A stretch of DNA of 61,542 nucleotides, counting the filler. It is 8 parts of 8 records of this genome, joined end to end, with 100 filler letters (N's around TTAATTAATTAA, not from the genome) between each part and the next. Parts side by side here need not be neighbours in the genome. Positions count along the whole stretch, not along the records: positions 56,091 to 61,542 come from SRR31147125_159958; 7 more parts are not named here. One strand, given 5' to 3'. Numbering within the stretch: position 1 is the first letter of the stretch; every line of letters starts with the position of its first letter. The translations under genes were made by a program, and so were the position numbers. The notes under the pieces were generated by a model, which saw only the letters and a program-made list of their open reading frames with translations, had not been told where the DNA came from and did no database searches. Positions 57,377-61,542 of the stretch are shown here, piece after piece.

Positions 57377-60013
57377 ATGAAAAAGCTGTCACTGTTTCGC
57401 CAGATACTGATATTGATCCTCTGCATATGGCCCACCGGGCACCTGATAGCTGAAGAAATCCAGGTTGACCTCAGCGAGCAGGAGCGACTGTGGTTGGAGA
57501 ACCATGGCCCGTTGCGCGTGTCGAATGAGATGGGCTGGGCTCCGTTCAACTTCAATGAGCGGGGTGTCCCTGCCGGGTATTCGATCGACTGCATCAATCT
57601 GGTCGGAGAAATCCTCAATGCCGAAATAGAAATCGTCTCGGGACCGTCGTGGAATGAGTTCCTGACGATGCTGGAGAAGGGAGAAATCGATATTATTCTG
57701 AATATCGCGGAAACGCCGCAGAGAAAAGAACAGATGCACTTCACTATGCCCTATTCGCAGTTCTCTCTGGCTCTGTTCACCCGAATCGATTCTCCTAGGA
57801 TCAACGATATCCAGGATATGTACGGCATGACCTTTGCCGTTCCGAAAGGCTTCTGGCTCGAAGACTACCTGAGCGAATATCCTGAAATCGGCATCCTATC
57901 TGTTGAAAACACCGAAGAGGCGGTCCAGGCGGTTTCGTCGGGCCGCGCCGACGGAATCTATGATGTCATGCCGGTGGTTGAGTATCTCTCGAGAGCCCTG
58001 TTCATCACGAATCTACAAGTCGGAGGGAACCTGGAGATCGGCAGCGATGAAAAAGTCGATCTCCGGATGGCGGTGGGCAAGGACGTGGAGATACTACGCC
58101 GGATCCTGGATAAGGGTATTGCCTCCATTCCGCCGGATGAGTTCTCACGACTGAGAAACAAGTGGCTATCGGCGGACGAAGTTCTTCCGGCCCCCGACAG
58201 CAAGGCGTCCGCCGGTATCTTCCTGCCGATAGCCATCATCCTGGCCGGACTGCTACTGATGGCGCTTATTCTGGTTCTTCTCAGAAAGCTCATCACCAGA
58301 GTCGAGGTGCTGAATTACCGAAGTATCTGGATCATCTCGATCCTCAGCCTGAGCGCCTTCGTCGCCATCGTGGTGATGTTCGGCTGGATTACCGTCAGTC
58401 GCACCAGGAATAACCTGAAGGGCGACCTCCTGGACTCCCTGAATGTGATCCTGGAAGCGACAGATCAGGCGGTGATTGTGTGGATTGACAACAATCTTCA
58501 CATGGTGAAAAGAGACTCAGAGAACACGAACCTCAGAACCCTGGTTGATGTTTTGCTGGTTTCGGAACCCGGCAATGTCGAAAGCAGGGATACCGTCCGC
58601 GACTATATCAGCGGATCACTCCGCTGGCTTGATGAAGAGATGTACCAGATTGTCGGTTCTGGCGGTGAAATCCTGGTTTCCAATCAGAAGGAACTCGAAG
58701 GAGACCTGTCACTCGTATTCGCAGAAGAAAAGGAACGCTTCGAACGTGTCATGGATGGCGAATACATTTTCGTTCCTCCGATCAATGACTCTCCCTCGGG
58801 CAGAGATCTTGTGCCCCGGATGTTCTTCCTCGCTCCGATTCGGAACGAGAATGGGGATGTTGTTGCCGCACTCGCCCGATCGGACGATCCTTCGCGGGAT
58901 TTCAGCAGTCTGGTGAGAATGGGGCATTCCGGCCGCACCGGAGAAACCTATGCGTTCAATTCAGATGGCCGAATGATCTCAAAAAGCCGCTTTGAGAACG
59001 AGGCGTTCAAGATCGGCCTGCTCGAACAGGGAAACGGCAGTATCCTGAATCTGGTGATTACCGACCCGGGAGTGAACCTCTATCAGAGCGAAAAGGAAGA
59101 AGTCGATAAATCCGACAAGAAACCGACGTATATGATGAGCCGGGCTTTAGCCGGCGCCGGCGGCCAGTCGGAGACTGGTTACCGGGATTATCGGGGAGTT
59201 CCCGTTTTCGGGGTGTGGCATTGGGATACCCGGCATGGATTCGGCATCGCCACGGAAATCGATGTCGAAGAGGGCCTGGAATCATTCTATGTCATCAGGA
59301 ATCCCACGGTGGTCACCTTGTCGGTCACAGTTCTTCTGGCCGTGCTGGTGACACTGGTGAGTCTGATATTCGGGGAAAAAAGCAATCAGGCACTGAGTGA
59401 ATCCCGGTCCGATCTCGAAGAAAAAGTCACCACCCGAACTCAGGAGCTTTCACAGGCCAACAGAAACCTGAACAATACAATCGAAGCCCTCACCCATCCT
59501 TTCTATGTGATCGACGTGAAAAACCACAAAGTGATCCTGGCAAATCGTTCCGCCATCCAGAGCGAAGAAGCCGGGGAGACCACATGCTATGCCCTGACTC
59601 ATTTCAGAGAAACGCCTTGTGAGGGCTCCGACCACCAATGCCCGCTGGTGGAAGTGATGAGAACAAAACAGCCGGTTCAACTGGAACATATTCACAATGA
59701 CCGGAGCGGGAATCCGCGATATGCCGAAGTTCATGGCTATCCGATTCTGGACGAAGACGACGAAGTCGTGCAGATGATTGAGTATTCTCTGGATATCACC
59801 GACAGGAAGAAAGCGGAGGAGACAACTCGAGCGCACCTGGAGGAACTGGAACAGTTCAACAGACTGACAATCGGCAGGGAAGAGAAGATGATCGAACTGA
59901 AAGAAGAAATCAACAATCTTCTCCGGCAAATGAATTTGCCGGAGAAGTATCACATCGTGACTGATGACCAGAATATTTTCGACGGGATAACTGAGGCGGA
60001 AGACGATGAATAG
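57377..60013 (+). CDS. Membrane sensor (amino-acid-type binding domain, TMs, Cache, Cys-rich PAS) with no kinase or cyclase output domain
   Basis: Signal peptide, LSEQERLWL..H, WAPFNF..GYSID, GRTGETY, YRDYRGVPVFGVW, CYALTH..PC..HQCP; ends FNRLTIGREEKMIELKEEIN..LPEKY. Confidence 0.85.
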   Translation: MKKLSLFRQILILILCIWPTGHLIAEEIQVDLSEQERLWLENHGPLRVSNEMGWAPFNFNERGVPAGYSIDCINLVGEILNAEIEIVSGPSWNEFLTMLEKGEIDIILNIAETPQRKEQMHFTMPYSQFSLALFTRIDSPRINDIQDMYGMTFAVPKGFWLEDYLSEYPEIGILSVENTEEAVQAVSSGRADGIYDVMPVVEYLSRALFITNLQVGGNLEIGSDEKVDLRMAVGKDVEILRRILDKGIASIPPDEFSRLRNKWLSADEVLPAPDSKASAGIFLPIAIILAGLLLMALILVLLRKLITRVEVLNYRSIWIISILSLSAFVAIVVMFGWITVSRTRNNLKGDLLDSLNVILEATDQAVIVWIDNNLHMVKRDSENTNLRTLVDVLLVSEPGNVESRDTVRDYISGSLRWLDEEMYQIVGSGGEILVSNQKELEGDLSLVFAEEKERFERVMDGEYIFVPPINDSPSGRDLVPRMFFLAPIRNENGDVVAALARSDDPSRDFSSLVRMGHSGRTGETYAFNSDGRMISKSRFENEAFKIGLLEQGNGSILNLVITDPGVNLYQSEKEEVDKSDKKPTYMMSRALAGAGGQSETGYRDYRGVPVFGVWHWDTRHGFGIATEIDVEEGLESFYVIRNPTVVTLSVTVLLAVLVTLVSLIFGEKSNQALSESRSDLEEKVTTRTQELSQANRNLNNTIEALTHPFYVIDVKNHKVILANRSAIQSEEAGETTCYALTHFRETPCEGSDHQCPLVEVMRTKQPVQLEHIHNDRSGNPRYAEVHGYPILDEDDEVVQMIEYSLDITDRKKAEETTRAHLEELEQFNRLTIGREEKMIELKEEINNLLRQMNLPEKYHIVTDDQNIFDGITEAEDDE

Positions 60014-61193
60014 GAATCTGATTATGTCCGTCTGCCATTCCGAGGAAATCGACACAGAAGACTTGCTAACGGATCTTCTGACTCAAGCCGATGAGCAGCT
60101 GAACGGTCGGTCGGCCGACGCCTGCATACTGCTGGCCTCTATAGATCTGGATCACCGGATGATACTGAAAGGTATTCGAAAGAAATGGAGCAATGTTAAG
60201 CTCATCGGCGGGACCACCGATGGCGAGCTTTCTTCTGAACTGGGATTCCTCGAAGACTCGGCAGTCCTCATTATTTTCACTTCCTTGTCTCAACAGACGG
60301 CTTTCGGAATCGGTATCGGCCGGATCCGCGATGGCGATGTTGCAGGAGCGTGCCGGGATGCGGTTTCACTGGCGACGAAAGATCTCAACGGTGACCCGGG
60401 TCTGTGTCTGACCATCTGCGGGAGCCAGGATCTCGACAACAGTCTTCTGATGACCGGCCTGGAGGACCATTTGCCTGACGGCATCCCGGTATTCGGCGGG
60501 GTTCCCGGGGACCAGTGGCGATTCAAGAAGCTCTACCAGTTCGGGAACGAGACTGTATACGATGATGCTGTTCCGATTCTTTTGCTGAATGATGAAATCA
60601 ACTATGCCTATGGTATCGATTCCGGCTGGAGGGCCTTCGGGATTCCCGGCAGAGTCACCCACTCAACTGATAACGTGGTCTATACAATCAACGATCGGCC
60701 GGCCAAGGAATACTATGAATCCACCCTCGGTATGTCGCTGGAAGACAGCTTTTCTCCCAGCGAGTTCCCGTTGATTATTCTCGACGAGGAGGAGACTGTT
60801 CAATTTCAGAGAGCGCCAGTCGGCTTTCTCCGGGACGGGAGCGGCGGAATGAGGTTCTTCGGCACCATTCCTGAAGATTCGAAGGTAACGATCGCAGAAG
60901 CCAACCGCGAGGCCATCATCGCCGGTACCGGGCACTCAATCAACCAGGCGATCAACAAAATAGCGGATCCGGGTCTTATAGCCGGTGCCCTGATTATATC
61001 ATGTTCCGGACGGCGTCTGATATTGGGCACGAAGGCCGGAGAAGAACAGAAAATCATCAAGGATGCCCTCGGTCCGTATGTGCCGTTCGGCGGATTGTAC
61101 GGCTATGGAGAATTCGCACCCCCGCAACGATCCCAACTCAGGTCGGGATTACATAATCAGACGATCGTGAGCCTGATTTTTCTTTCGGAGTGA
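60006..61193 (+). CDS. FIST-N/FIST-C (NosP-like) sensory protein
   Basis: IGGTTDGE, FGGVPGDQW.F, SGW..FG, INDRPA, ISCSGRR, GLYGYGEFAP, HNQT; overlaps the upstream stop. Confidence 0.9.
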   Translation: MNRNLIMSVCHSEEIDTEDLLTDLLTQADEQLNGRSADACILLASIDLDHRMILKGIRKKWSNVKLIGGTTDGELSSELGFLEDSAVLIIFTSLSQQTAFGIGIGRIRDGDVAGACRDAVSLATKDLNGDPGLCLTICGSQDLDNSLLMTGLEDHLPDGIPVFGGVPGDQWRFKKLYQFGNETVYDDAVPILLLNDEINYAYGIDSGWRAFGIPGRVTHSTDNVVYTINDRPAKEYYESTLGMSLEDSFSPSEFPLIILDEEETVQFQRAPVGFLRDGSGGMRFFGTIPEDSKVTIAEANREAIIAGTGHSINQAINKIADPGLIAGALIISCSGRRLILGTKAGEEQKIIKDALGPYVPFGGLYGYGEFAPPQRSQLRSGLHNQTIVSLIFLSE

Positions 61194-61206
61194 GGTTGGT
61201 CTGCCG

Positions 61207-61542
61207 GTGGAACAGGAAGCAAGAGAACAAATCGTCGGACTGGAGAAGAAGATTCGCCTCCTTGAGCGGAAACTCCAACGAAGCGAAGAGAATCGTCGAC
61301 AAATCGAGTCCACCAAAGATCTTTCTGATTCGTTTCATCGAAAGACGATGGAAGAGATTCAGAGGAAACAGGAGGAACTCAGTCGGACCAATAGTGAGAA
61401 TGAGCAGCAGCTGAAAGAACTGGCCCGGGCCCGCCGGGCCATGCTGAATATCATGCAGGACCTGGACCAGGCCAAACTCGAGGCCGAAGCGGCCACTCAA
61501 TCGAAATCTGACTTCCTGGCGAACATGTCCCATGAGATCCGT
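61207..61542 (+). CDS. Histidine kinase N-terminus (coiled coil + HisKA), runs off the window
   Basis: Not in the ORF track; GTG 61207 opens MEQEAREQIVGLEKKIRLLERKLQRSE...RRAMLNIMQDL...AEAATQSKSDFLANMSHEIR. Confidence 0.88.
   Translation, partial: MEQEAREQIVGLEKKIRLLERKLQRSEENRRQIESTKDLSDSFHRKTMEEIQRKQEELSRTNSENEQQLKELARARRAMLNIMQDLDQAKLEAEAATQSKSDFLANMSHEIR

Overview
This is not one locus. It is eight unrelated contigs joined by 100-bp spacers (44 N + TTAATTAATTAA + 44 N), and it looks like an anoxic-sediment-type metagenome. (1) 1-5896, Desulfuromonadales-like: speE-speA, cytochrome b5-like protein, lipoprotein, receiver protein, rluD, pgeF. (2) 5997-13608, Desulfobacterales-like: tmk, orphan substrate-binding protein + hybrid kinase, a double cytochrome c3 (8 hemes once a frameshift is repaired), a MITE-like element, cheW, and a gene cut by an IS66 left end. 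(3) 13709-20395, FCB-group: two tandem DUF187/GHL10 hydrolases, flavodoxin, SSS transporter. (4) 20496-27677: polyamine-type ABC genes, a two-domain KamA-like radical SAM enzyme, a cytoplasmic M23 protein, an integron integrase. (5) 27778-41600: sigma54-controlled adh with its ErcA/kinase/activator module, a PPIase-3xHupE/UreJ cluster, and glyA-(kinase-fold ORF)-thrC. (6) 41701-50881: a eukaryotic, intron-containing giant IPT/TIG-repeat gene. (7) 50982-55990: tRNA-Leu, tig-clpP-clpX-lon. (8) 56091-61542: sulfatase, a kinase-less membrane sensor, a FIST protein and a sensor-less histidine kinase. Single-base homopolymer indels break genes in several contigs and are probably sequencing errors. 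The best candidates for undescribed biology are the KamA-like/M23/ABC operon, the kinase-fold gene between glyA and thrC, and the apparent split two-input histidine kinase. Taxonomic labels and family calls come from motif recognition only; no searches were run.
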